This document shows positions 7,077-14,310 of a stretch of DNA of 41,286 nt, in pieces. Below the pieces are notes generated by a model that was not told the DNA's origin, searched no databases, and saw only the letters and a program-made list of their open reading frames with translations. Source of the DNA: a virus. The translations under genes were made by a program, and so were the position numbers. The stretch lies in the IMG/VR virus record IMGVR_UViG_3300045988_132604; one strand, given 5' to 3'. Positions within the stretch are counted from its first letter, which is position 1, and every line of letters starts with the position of its first letter.

Positions 7077-7457
7077 ATGAATTACGTGAGCATGATAGGG
7101 CGATTAACCAAAATCCCCGACATAAGACAGACCAACACCGGCAAAAACGTATGCACCTTTACGCTGGCAGTAGACCGCCGCTACAAAGGCGCAGACGGCA
7201 AGACAACAGCAGACTTCTTCAGCGTACAGGCGTGGGAAAAGCTGGCTGAACTGTGCGTCCGGTATCTGGACAAGGGCAGCAAGGTTTTTGTATTGGGTGA
7301 GCTGCGTAACCGGAGCTACGAGGCAAAGGACGGCAGCAAGCGGACTGTTACCGAGATAATCGCAGGCGAAGTGGAATTCTTATCGCCCAAGGCCGAACCC
7401 GCAACCGCGCCCGTGGAGGAATGGGAGCAGGTAGAAGACAGCGATTTGCCGTTTTAA
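7077..7457 (+). CDS. ssb: Single-stranded DNA-binding protein
   Basis: OB-fold N-terminus MNYVSMIGRLTKIPDIRQTNTGKNVCTFTLAVDR and the acidic C-terminal tail DSDLPF. Confidence 0.95.
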   Translation: MNYVSMIGRLTKIPDIRQTNTGKNVCTFTLAVDRRYKGADGKTTADFFSVQAWEKLAELCVRYLDKGSKVFVLGELRNRSYEAKDGSKRTVTEIIAGEVEFLSPKAEPATAPVEEWEQVEDSDLPF

Positions 7458-7472
7458 GGAGCAGCACACGCC

Positions 7473-8192
7473 ATGAAGTATATCAACCAGATTAACGCCT
7501 TTTGGAACTGGGTAAAACTAAACGACCTGCCTTCCAGAGCCGGATATTTGTACTTTGCAATTCTCGATTGTGCAAATACGGCAGGCTGGAAAGGGGAGTT
7601 TAACGCGCCCAATTCAACGCTTCAAGCGATGGCGGGGCTTGATAAAAACGGGCTTGTGCGCTGCCGTAACGCCTTAGTGCAAGCGGGGCTTATAAAGTAT
7701 CAGCAAGGTAAGCGGGGAGCATCAGGCATATACAGTATCATTCCCTTATATGATACCAATAATGATACCAATAATGATACCAATAGCGAACCAGTAGCGA
7801 TACCAATAGCGAACCAATCAGGGTACCAAAATAGGGTACATACTAAGAGTAAGAGTAAGAGTAAGAGTATTATTACCCCCCTATCCCCTAACGGGGATAT
7901 CCCCCCTGAGGGGGAACGCCCCCGCAAACACAAATACGGGGAGTATAAAAACGTTTTGCTCGCGGATGACGAGATTGAAAAGCTAAAGGCGGAGTATACG
8001 GACTATCTCGACCGCATAGAGCGGCTATCATCCTATATCGCAAGCACGGGCAAGGCGTACAAGTCGCATTATGCGACAATCAGAAATTGGGCGAGGGCAG
8101 ATGCGGAGAAAGGACGGAGCAATGGAGCAAAACAAGGAAGCAGCCCGCAGCGAAATGCGGAAGAAACTCCTCGATACGGTACTTGGTTGTAA
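7473..8192 (+). CDS. Replisome organizer / DnaD-like replication initiation protein
   Basis: The N-terminal winged-helix-like region (YLYFAILDCANTAGW...LVRCRNALVQAGLI) and C-terminal YKSHYATIRNW are typical of phage DnaD-like organizers. Lies directly upstream of the DnaC-like loader. Carries internal iterons. Confidence 0.7.
   Translation: MKYINQINAFWNWVKLNDLPSRAGYLYFAILDCANTAGWKGEFNAPNSTLQAMAGLDKNGLVRCRNALVQAGLIKYQQGKRGASGIYSIIPLYDTNNDTNNDTNSEPVAIPIANQSGYQNRVHTKSKSKSKSIITPLSPNGDIPPEGERPRKHKYGEYKNVLLADDEIEKLKAEYTDYLDRIERLSSYIASTGKAYKSHYATIRNWARADAEKGRSNGAKQGSSPQRNAEETPRYGTWL
7752..7868. repeat. Iteron cluster inside the organizer gene (candidate replication origin)
   Basis: GATACCAATA at 7752, 7764, 7776 and 7799. 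GATACCAATAGCGAACCA x2. GGTACCAAAATA at 7822. AAGAGT x4 at 7844-7868. The palindrome GGGGATATCCCC follows at 7893-7904. Confidence 0.6.
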
Positions 8193-9006
8193 GGCACAGC
8201 ACAAGCCCTTGTCGGAAATGACGGCAGAAGAAAAGCTTGCACGGGCGCAGAAAATGGCCGACAGGGTAAATGCGCAGGAGGGCAGACTTACGGGCTATGA
8301 CTGTCCAGCCTGTCGCAACAAGGGTTTTGTCGAGTACGTCATAGACACTACCGAGCAGCTGGGGTATCCAAGCTACACCACGGGGTCACGCGAATGCGTA
8401 TGCATGGCGATTAGGCGGTCGAAGTGGCTGCTCAAAGCATCAGGACTGGCAGACTTGGCAGAGCGTTGCACCTTTGACAGCTACCAAGCCAAGGAGGCGT
8501 GGCAGATGTACATCAAAGACCGCGCCGTAACATTCGTCGAATCCGGCGGCAAAGTGTTTTTTATCGGCGGGCAGAGCGGCGCAGGGAAAACGCACATATG
8601 CACGGCGTTGGCAACAAGCCTTATCAATCGCGGCAAAAGCACCCGCTATATGCTGTGGACAAGCGAGGCCGCAAAGCTTAAAGCCTGTGTTAATGACATA
8701 GACTATGAAAACCTAATATGGCCGCTGAAATCGGTCGATGTGCTATACATAGACGACCTTTTCAAGCCCACGGGAGCGAATAGTCAGCCTACATCGGCAG
8801 ACATACGACTGGCGTATGAAATCATCAACTGCCGCTACAACGCGGGCGACAAGGTGACAATCATATCCAGCGAGCGGACGGTCAGCGAAATATGCGATAT
8901 TGACGAGGCCGCGGGCGGCAGAATCATGGAGCAAGCGGGCGAATATTGCCTTAACGTCAGCCGCGACAAGGCCAAAAATTGGAGGGCAAACCATGCCGAC
9001 ACTTGA
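8122..9006 (+). CDS. DnaC/IstB-like AAA+ helicase loader
   Basis: Walker A GGQSGAGKTH and Walker B VLYIDDL. The N-terminal CPACRNKG...CVC is zinc-binding-like. The start is uncertain: 8122 has an RBS-like GGAGAAAGGA; alternatives are 8155 and 8218. Confidence 0.85.
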   Translation: MEQNKEAARSEMRKKLLDTVLGCKAQHKPLSEMTAEEKLARAQKMADRVNAQEGRLTGYDCPACRNKGFVEYVIDTTEQLGYPSYTTGSRECVCMAIRRSKWLLKASGLADLAERCTFDSYQAKEAWQMYIKDRAVTFVESGGKVFFIGGQSGAGKTHICTALATSLINRGKSTRYMLWTSEAAKLKACVNDIDYENLIWPLKSVDVLYIDDLFKPTGANSQPTSADIRLAYEIINCRYNAGDKVTIISSERTVSEICDIDEAAGGRIMEQAGEYCLNVSRDKAKNWRANHADT

Positions 9007-9205
9007 AATTATCCAGATAAACAGCGGCGCAACGAAGGTTTTGCGCACGGCGAAAAGTTACCCCGAGCTTTACAAGGCGTATCGGCGCATGCAAGCCGAA
9101 GGCGCATTTGTCCGGATGCGGATAGACGGCGAGGTGTTGCCGATTTATCAGGCGGACAGCCGCGCGTCGAATGTCGACCGGTCTGCGGCATGGAGGAATT
9201 TATGA
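8993..9205 (+). CDS. Hypothetical protein (70 aa)
   Basis: Start at MPTLEII with a GGAGGG RBS 6 nt upstream. ATGA overlap with the next gene. Confidence 0.6.
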   Translation: MPTLEIIQINSGATKVLRTAKSYPELYKAYRRMQAEGAFVRMRIDGEVLPIYQADSRASNVDRSAAWRNL

Positions 9206-9603
9206 AGCGCACATACACCCCACCAACCGTGCCGCTTGAGGACGCAGAGCAGCGAATTATTTTTCAATGGGCGGCCATGGAGACCGGCGCCCGCCCCGAG
9301 CTGGGGCTGCTGTACGCCATACCCAACGGCGGTAAGCGGGCAATCAAGACCGCAATCGCGTTAAAGGCGCAGGGCGTTAAGTCAGGCGTGCCGGATATGT
9401 GCTTGCCCGTGAGCCGTGGCGGATATCACGGCCTGTACATCGAGCTAAAGCGGCAAAAGGGCGGCACGGTGAGCGAGACGCAAAAAAGCTGGATAACCGC
9501 GCTCGCGGAGCAAGGCTATAAGGCCGTTGTTTGCAAAGGCGCGGACGAGGCGATAGGAACGATAAAGGAGTATCTATGGGAGCATACATCAACAAGGACT
9601 TGA
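9202..9603 (+). CDS. VRR-NUC domain nuclease
   Basis: PD-(D/E)xK pattern GVPDMCL...LYIELK. GGAGG RBS 5 nt upstream of the ATG at 9202; the track ORF starts at 9190. Confidence 0.8.
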   Translation: MKRTYTPPTVPLEDAEQRIIFQWAAMETGARPELGLLYAIPNGGKRAIKTAIALKAQGVKSGVPDMCLPVSRGGYHGLYIELKRQKGGTVSETQKSWITALAEQGYKAVVCKGADEAIGTIKEYLWEHTSTRT

Positions 9604-10016
9604 AGGAGCTTATCATCACCCTTGCTTCCGTAATCGGCTTTGGCGACGTGCTGGTCAAGACCGGCCGGCTACACCAAGAGGACGAGGACGCAGCAAAATT
9701 GATGATGGGCGCAGCCACCACGATTTCACAGCACCTCTTGCAGGGGCGGGACGCGGAGCAAGTGACGGCCTTGCAGCGTCAGGCGGGATTTTACGAGATT
9801 ATCGCCGTACCTAAGACCTCGGCGCGGATAGACAAGGAGTTTTATATCTGCCCGCGCGAGGACTTTGAATCACTGGTGATAGACGATTTTTCAAACCCTT
9901 GCCCGTTCTGTGAATTGGAGGGCAAGGAGGTGCGCAAATGCGGCCGCCGCAGGGCACTGATACGGTGCGGCGTGGTCGGGAATACGGAAGGCGAATGCCC
10001 GTATAAGGGAATATAA
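9576..10016 (+). CDS. Hypothetical protein with the shared Cys-rich C-terminal module
   Basis: AAGGAG RBS. C-terminal EDFESLVIDDFSNPCPFCELEGKEVRKCGRRRALIRCGVVGNTEGECPYKGI is 51/52 identical to the C-terminus of the next gene. Confidence 0.65.
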   Translation: MGAYINKDLKELIITLASVIGFGDVLVKTGRLHQEDEDAAKLMMGAATTISQHLLQGRDAEQVTALQRQAGFYEIIAVPKTSARIDKEFYICPREDFESLVIDDFSNPCPFCELEGKEVRKCGRRRALIRCGVVGNTEGECPYKGI

Positions 10017-10034
10017 AAATAACGGCGAGAAAAA
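9858..10034. repeat. 177-bp duplicated module, copy 1 (3' end of the 9576 gene plus 18 nt past its stop)
   Basis: Aligns without gaps to 10383-10559 with about 14 substitutions, by eye. All but one are synonymous. Confidence 0.9.
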
Positions 10035-10058
10035 TACATAAAAAGGAGGTAATGAGGA

Positions 10059-10541
10059 ATGACACGCGAAGAAGCAGCAAAAATACTTGAAAAGCAGTTT
10101 GATGAATCATGTGGGGATTACAGATATCAAAATAAAGACAAACTGAATTATGAAGATGCATTATGGCTTGCAATCGCCGCCCTCCGCGAGCAAAGGGAGG
10201 GAAAAATGGAATGGATAAGCGTGAGGGATAGGCTACCTGAAGACCAAGTGGAAGTGCTGGTGGCTACCAGAAGTAAAAATGGCGTGCGGAATATCGACAA
10301 AGGATATCTGGCAATCGACCACTTTATCCATCGTGGACGCGCCGAGGTTACTCACTGGATGCCCATGCCAGAATTTCCGAAGGAGGATTTTGAATCGCTG
10401 GTGATAGACGATTTTTCAAATCCTTGCCCCTTCTGCGAGCTGGAGGGCAAGGAGGTGCGCAAATGTGGCCGCCGCAGGGCATTGATACGGTGCGGCGTGG
10501 TCGGGAACACAGAGGGCGAATGCCCGTATAAGGGAGTATAA
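10059..10541 (+). CDS. DUF551-like protein with the shared Cys-rich C-terminal module
   Basis: The central MEWISVRDRLPE...THWMPMPEFPKE is the DUF551 signature. The C-terminal 52 aa duplicate those of the previous gene. Confidence 0.7.
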   Translation: MTREEAAKILEKQFDESCGDYRYQNKDKLNYEDALWLAIAALREQREGKMEWISVRDRLPEDQVEVLVATRSKNGVRNIDKGYLAIDHFIHRGRAEVTHWMPMPEFPKEDFESLVIDDFSNPCPFCELEGKEVRKCGRRRALIRCGVVGNTEGECPYKGV

Positions 10542-10559
10542 AAATAACGGCGAGAAAAA
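10383..10559. repeat. 177-bp duplicated module, copy 2
   Basis: See 9858-10034. The identity extends 18 nt past the stop codon (aaataacggcgagaaaaa). Confidence 0.9.
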
Positions 10560-10583
10560 ATGCGTAGAAAGGGAGGATTAAAA

Positions 10584-10847
10584 ATGGCTGAATTTCAGCG
10601 GGGAGATATAGTGTGCAATAGGTATGCGGGGGAAAGAAATTCGCATCGATATTTACTGTATTTAGGCAAAAGCACTATCACGCAGGGGAGGTATCGAAGC
10701 AGGGGATACACCTGCTTAACCCACGATGCGGAAAAAATCCAGCTTTTTCGCGATAATGACCCGTTATACCGAGTAGGACACATGGCAGAATATGACAGCT
10801 TTATGAAGGCGTTAGCAGTACTGAAAGATTTCAAGGAGGAAAAATGA
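10584..10847 (+). CDS. Hypothetical protein (87 aa)
   Basis: Start at MAEFQRGD with a GGGAGG RBS. Lower GC than its neighbours. Confidence 0.6.
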   Translation: MAEFQRGDIVCNRYAGERNSHRYLLYLGKSTITQGRYRSRGYTCLTHDAEKIQLFRDNDPLYRVGHMAEYDSFMKALAVLKDFKEEK

Positions 10848-11059
10848 TTAAAGTTAAGTATTCGGCGCTTATCGAGCTTGAGTGCGAAGCGAGTGAGCAA
10901 ACTCCCGGAGTTATGACGTTTGAAAAGATAGCAAAGAGATTTGATGGTGGCAGATTTATGGACGATGCTGTGCGGCGGTTTATTGCTGATGGTTTTGGCG
11001 ATAAGGGCTGGACTGTAAAGGTAACACGACAAAACGCCGAGCTATGGAGGGAGAATTAA
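10844..11059 (+). CDS. Hypothetical protein (71 aa)
   Basis: AAGGAGG RBS and ATGA overlap with the upstream gene. Confidence 0.65.
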   Translation: MIKVKYSALIELECEASEQTPGVMTFEKIAKRFDGGRFMDDAVRRFIADGFGDKGWTVKVTRQNAELWREN

Positions 11060-11062
11060 AAA

Positions 11063-11320
11063 ATGGATTGGATAAGCGTTAAGGAACGGCTGCCTGAAGA
11101 AAAAGAGCCCGTAATCATACTGCTACGGGACGGGCAGGTATTTAGGGGCGAAATACGTGAAAGGATTCTGCTGCCGGAGTGGTGGTACTACTATGATGCG
11201 GGTGACACGGACATGGACATTCTGGGACATATATACTCTACTGGCGACGGAATGTGGATACACGATAACCCTGTAATTGCGTGGATGCCCCTGCCCGAGC
11301 CGCCGAAGGAGGACACATGA
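11063..11320 (+). CDS. DUF551 domain protein
   Basis: MDWISVKERLPE...VIAWMPLPEPPKE. Confidence 0.75.
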   Translation: MDWISVKERLPEEKEPVIILLRDGQVFRGEIRERILLPEWWYYYDAGDTDMDILGHIYSTGDGMWIHDNPVIAWMPLPEPPKEDT

Positions 11321-11703
11321 GCACATATATACGCGCTGTTGTTGCAGCCAAGGCTATAGCAGATAAGTACGGCATACCGCTTGGCGATTTGGTAGACACA
11401 TTCAGCGATATTCCCGCCGCCGATGTTGCCCCGGTGCGGCGCGGACGGTGGATCGAAGAGGATGGCATACAGATTTGCTCAGAATGCGGCGAAGAACATG
11501 AATGGGAAGATTACAGAGCGCCGTACTGCGATACCTGCGGAGCAAAGATGAACAATGAAGGAGCTTGCCCGTATGAAGACATAAGAGATTTTATTATTGC
11601 CGATGATGCATGTAGGGATTGCGTATATGCTCGGCCTATAAAAAAACTAAAGTACCAGCATTCTTGCCAATATCGGAACGGGCCTAATTGTAATCTAAAT
11701 TAG
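11317..11703 (+). CDS. Cys-rich hypothetical protein (zinc-ribbon-like)
   Basis: Start at MSTYIRAV (AAGGAGG RBS, ATGA overlap). Contains ICSECGEEHEW..YCDTCGAKM and EGACPYED. Confidence 0.65.
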   Translation: MSTYIRAVVAAKAIADKYGIPLGDLVDTFSDIPAADVAPVRRGRWIEEDGIQICSECGEEHEWEDYRAPYCDTCGAKMNNEGACPYEDIRDFIIADDACRDCVYARPIKKLKYQHSCQYRNGPNCNLN

Positions 11704-11735
11704 TTTTGTAATGAGGGTAAAACAAAGGAGGATGC

Positions 11736-11822
11736 ATGAAAATCAACATCAACACAGGGAAAATGTGGACGCCCTTTGCCAAGGTTGAAAAAGGAGAGGT
11801 TTTTGGCATTGGCGGGGCTTAA
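11736..11822 (+). pseudogene. Truncated tandem paralog (28 aa) of the next gene
   Basis: MKININTGKMWTPFAKVEKGEVFGIGGA* versus MKIDIKKTGAIFREVGKGEVFMMGSAVY... The RBS and start region are duplicated (aaggaggatgcatgaaaatc / aaggaggacgcatgaaaatc). Confidence 0.4.
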
Positions 11823-11840
11823 GGATTTTAAGGAGGACGC

Positions 11841-12053
11841 ATGAAAATCGATATAAAGAAAACGGGAGCAATTTTCCGCGAGGTTGGCAAGGGAGAAGTT
11901 TTTATGATGGGGAGCGCCGTATATATGCGGACGACAGCCAAAGAGGATGAACACTTTAACGCTTGGAGCTTTACTCTCAATGATATAGCCCACATTGGGT
12001 TAGACGCAAACGTTATAATCCTGCAAAAGGCAACGCTGGAGGTAACGATATGA
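11841..12053 (+). CDS. Hypothetical protein (70 aa)
   Basis: AAGGAGG RBS. Full-length copy of the duplicated unit. Confidence 0.6.
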   Translation: MKIDIKKTGAIFREVGKGEVFMMGSAVYMRTTAKEDEHFNAWSFTLNDIAHIGLDANVIILQKATLEVTI

Positions 12054-12142
12054 CACAGTACGCGGACGAGACGCGGCTATACAGCGTCAAGCCGACGCAA
12101 TCGTACCATGTGCGGCAATGCCCAGAATTTGTGCGGGGATAG
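12050..12142 (+). CDS. Small hypothetical ORF (30 aa)
   Basis: ATGA overlap with the upstream gene and a GGAGGT RBS 7 nt upstream. Confidence 0.3.
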   Translation: MTQYADETRLYSVKPTQSYHVRQCPEFVRG

Positions 12143-12261
12143 ACGATGATGCCGCGGCGGGAGGGGGTATCAAAATCCCTACGCCGAGGCGGCCCGTACC
12201 GCGGGCCCCTCAACGGAACAAAAAATTTTCGATTTTTGTGAAAAATCTGGAAGGTAGTAGG

Positions 12262-12756
12262 ATGGATATAAGCGCTAACGAAAAGAGACAAAACGACCGC
12301 GCGGCAGTAAGGCGGCTCCTGATGTACTGGGGCAATGCAGAACGCACGCGCACGGACAAAGAGCGGCAGCTTGTGACGGTGGACGAAGAGATTGAAAGCC
12401 AGTACGACCTTCACCCGCAGCGCCTTACGGGTATGCCACACGGCTGCGAGGTATCTGATGCCACATACAACGCGGCGTTGAAAGCCACCCGCGAAATAAA
12501 GAGGCTCGAACGCAAAAAACGGCGCATTGAAGCCGAGCTGCAAGAGCTGAATTATCACGCGAGCATGATAGAGTTCGAGGTGATGTGCCTGCCGCCGCTG
12601 GAGTGCGAGGTGATAAAGCTTAGGTATGTGGAGTACGGCGTGGCTAAAAGCGGGTACTGGGAAAAGGTGGCACAGCGGATGCACGTGTCGCAGGATTGGG
12701 CAAAGGCTTTAGAACGGCACGGCGTGGAACGGCTGATAAATCGCATTGCCCCATAA
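12262..12756 (+). CDS. Sigma-70 region-4-like transcriptional regulator (ArpU/RinA-type late activator candidate)
   Basis: Start at MDISANEK. LPPLECEVIKLRYVEYG...WEKVAQRMHVSQDWAKALERHGVERL resembles a sigma region 4 HTH. Confidence 0.6.
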   Translation: MDISANEKRQNDRAAVRRLLMYWGNAERTRTDKERQLVTVDEEIESQYDLHPQRLTGMPHGCEVSDATYNAALKATREIKRLERKKRRIEAELQELNYHASMIEFEVMCLPPLECEVIKLRYVEYGVAKSGYWEKVAQRMHVSQDWAKALERHGVERLINRIAP

Positions 12757-12804
12757 AAGTCAACACGATAAAACACGATTTATATGCTATACTGATATCA
12801 TCAG

Positions 12805-12832
12805 AAAAGGGCTTCCGCAGGGGAGCCTTTTT
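12805..12832 (+). terminator. Intrinsic terminator after the regulator gene
   Basis: aaaa ggcttcc gcag gggagcc ttttt. 7-bp stem (one G:U), 4-nt loop and a T5 run. Confidence 0.6.
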
Positions 12833-12847
12833 GCATAGGGGGAAGGA

Positions 12848-13693
12848 ATGGACAGCTTTAAGGAGAAAATGGCGCTTGGCGACCAGATGGAAATGACGGG
12901 CGAATATGCCGCATTCGTTGAAAAATTCAAGCCGAAGAAAACAACGGACGATTGCTACACGCCCGATAATGTATATGCCGCCGTTCATGATTGGGCGGTT
13001 AAAGAATACGGCTTGGAGGGAGCGCGGATTATACGCCCGTTTTACCCCCGCGGGGATTACAAGGAAGAGGATTACAGCGGGAATTGTGCGGTGATAGACA
13101 ACCCGCCCTTTTCGATTTTGGCCGAGATTTGCCGCTGGTATAATCAGCGCGGAATACGCTTTTTTCTTTTTGGGCCCGCCAAAACGATTTTTGCAGGCAG
13201 CGGCTTGGACGGTATAAAATATGTCATATGCGGGCTATCGATAATGTACGATAACGGCGCGAGCGTAGATACAAGCTTTGTTACAAACATGGGGCAATAT
13301 AAAATTACGGTTGCTTCTGACCTATATGAAGCAATAAAAGCGGCCGATGATGAAAACCGCAAGGAGGTTACAAAGTCGTTGCCGAAATACGATTACCCCG
13401 ACCACGTTCTGACGGCGGCGAGGATCCAGCGCATTGCAAAATACGGGCAGTCATTAAGGATACGCGCCGAGGATTGCGCCTTTGTCCGCGCGCTGGACAG
13501 CCAAAGGGGCGTAGGGAAGGCGATTTTCGGCGGCGGTTTTCTTTTGTCGGAGAAAGCAGCGGCAGAGAAAGCAGCAGCAGAGAAAGCAGCAGCGGAGAAA
13601 GCAGCGGCAGAGAAAGCAGCAGCGGAGAAAGCAGGGGCAAAGACATGGGAGCTATCGGAGAGGGAAAAGGAAATAATAAGGCGACTTGGGTGA
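12848..13693 (+). CDS. Orphan N6-adenine DNA methyltransferase with a C-terminal (AEKAA)n helical repeat
   Basis: KKTTDDCYTPDNVY and the catalytic-type motif VIDNPPFS (NPPF). No restriction partner is visible. The C-terminus is EKAAAEKAAAEKAAAEKAAAEKAAAEKAGAK. Confidence 0.8.
   Translation: MDSFKEKMALGDQMEMTGEYAAFVEKFKPKKTTDDCYTPDNVYAAVHDWAVKEYGLEGARIIRPFYPRGDYKEEDYSGNCAVIDNPPFSILAEICRWYNQRGIRFFLFGPAKTIFAGSGLDGIKYVICGLSIMYDNGASVDTSFVTNMGQYKITVASDLYEAIKAADDENRKEVTKSLPKYDYPDHVLTAARIQRIAKYGQSLRIRAEDCAFVRALDSQRGVGKAIFGGGFLLSEKAAAEKAAAEKAAAEKAAAEKAAAEKAGAKTWELSEREKEIIRRLG
13550..13639. repeat. 6 x 15-bp in-frame tandem repeat (gagaaagcagcRgcR)
   Basis: Units start at 13550, 13565, 13580, 13595, 13610 and 13625. 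They differ only at third codon positions, except the last unit. Confidence 0.95.
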
Positions 13694-13800
13694 CGTGGAT
13701 ACACACACCCGCCACATGCAAAGAGTGCAAGCACTATGACAAGGGCAAAAGGCGGTGCGGAGTGAAGGAATGCCCGTATCCGGCACGGAGGGGCGGTTAA
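13690..13800 (+). CDS. Small Cys-rich ORF (36 aa, GTG start)
   Basis: VTWIHTPATCKECKHYDKGKRRCGVKECPYPARRGG. GTGA overlap with the methyltransferase stop. Shares the ECPY motif with three upstream proteins. Confidence 0.35.
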   Translation: MTWIHTPATCKECKHYDKGKRRCGVKECPYPARRGG

Positions 13801-14144
13801 GCCCCTACCATTTCGTCCCCACGTGCGCCGAAAGTCTGTGAGCCGTACTTGTTGCGGATTTCTGCCATGGACGAGCGACCGCGATACCGTCTGCGACTGT
13901 CTTCGGCGTGATGCCAATACCAAAGGGCTTTCTGCTTGCTCCATCGGCATCCGAGGGCCTTTAAGGTGTCCTTGTGCGCGCGCGTGTCGCCACCAATCCA
14001 CAACCAAGAGCCGCACAGCTCTATGCGCAAACCGGACAGGCGCAAAAGGGCGGATATAATATCGATAAATTCGGCGGCGGTCTCGGTCGTCTTGTGGTAA
14101 TCGTCAGCGGCAGCATTGTGCGCTTCTTTTAGCGCATCATGCAT
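13797..14144 (-). CDS. C-terminal portion of a J-domain protein (ELCGSWLWIGGDT...ALWYWH domain)
   Basis: 115-aa ORF with no RBS of its own. It lies one frame off the J-domain ORF immediately upstream and overlaps it by 16 nt. Confidence 0.7.
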   Translation of the reverse strand: MHDALKEAHNAAADDYHKTTETAAEFIDIISALLRLSGLRIELCGSWLWIGGDTRAHKDTLKALGCRWSKQKALWYWHHAEDSRRRYRGRSSMAEIRNKYGSQTFGARGDEMVGA

Positions 14145-14272
14145 TTTGGATATTCGGCATTTATGCGCTGCATGGTCTCTGTATCACCGCCCATATCTGG
14201 GTGATGCTGCATAGCGAGCTTGCGGTAAGCGGCCTTTAGGTCGTCAAGGGTGTGTATAGCGTCAAAAAACAT
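14129..14272 (-). CDS. J-domain (DnaJ-like) N-terminal fragment, 47 aa
   Basis: MFFDAIHTLDDLKAAYRKLAMQHHPDMGGDTETMQRINAEYPK... carries the diagnostic HPD motif. AGGAGG RBS 7 nt upstream. The frame ends just after the A4 run where the downstream ORF begins. Confidence 0.7.
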   Translation of the reverse strand: MFFDAIHTLDDLKAAYRKLAMQHHPDMGGDTETMQRINAEYPKCMMR

Positions 14273-14310
14273 AATGTAACCTCCTGAACAAGTGTAACCT
14301 TATGCTTTAT

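Noticed and set aside
7700-7933. 77-aa minus-strand ORF with poly-Leu and repeated LLVS stretches
   Set aside because: It is the antisense translation of the iteron and AAGAGT repeats inside the organizer gene, so it is an artefact of the repeats.
8071-8192. Long 5' extension of the DnaC-like ORF (track start at 8071) and other over-extended track starts (2532, 3002, 39085, 38562, 38017, 32879)
   Set aside because: The extensions lack an RBS, overlap upstream genes and have off-frame-like composition. Internal ATGs with AGGAGG-type RBS, or ATGA coupling, fit better.
9858-10559. Possible diversity-generating retroelement (template/variable repeat pair)
   Set aside because: No reverse transcriptase gene is present. 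The substitutions between the copies are not adenine-specific (they are mostly C/T and A/G transitions in both directions). They are almost all synonymous, which is the opposite of DGR-driven diversification.
13550-13639. Short regularly spaced repeats that might be called a CRISPR array
   Set aside because: The period is 15 bp with no spacers, and the repeats lie in frame inside a methyltransferase ORF encoding (AEKAA)n. This is a coding tandem repeat.
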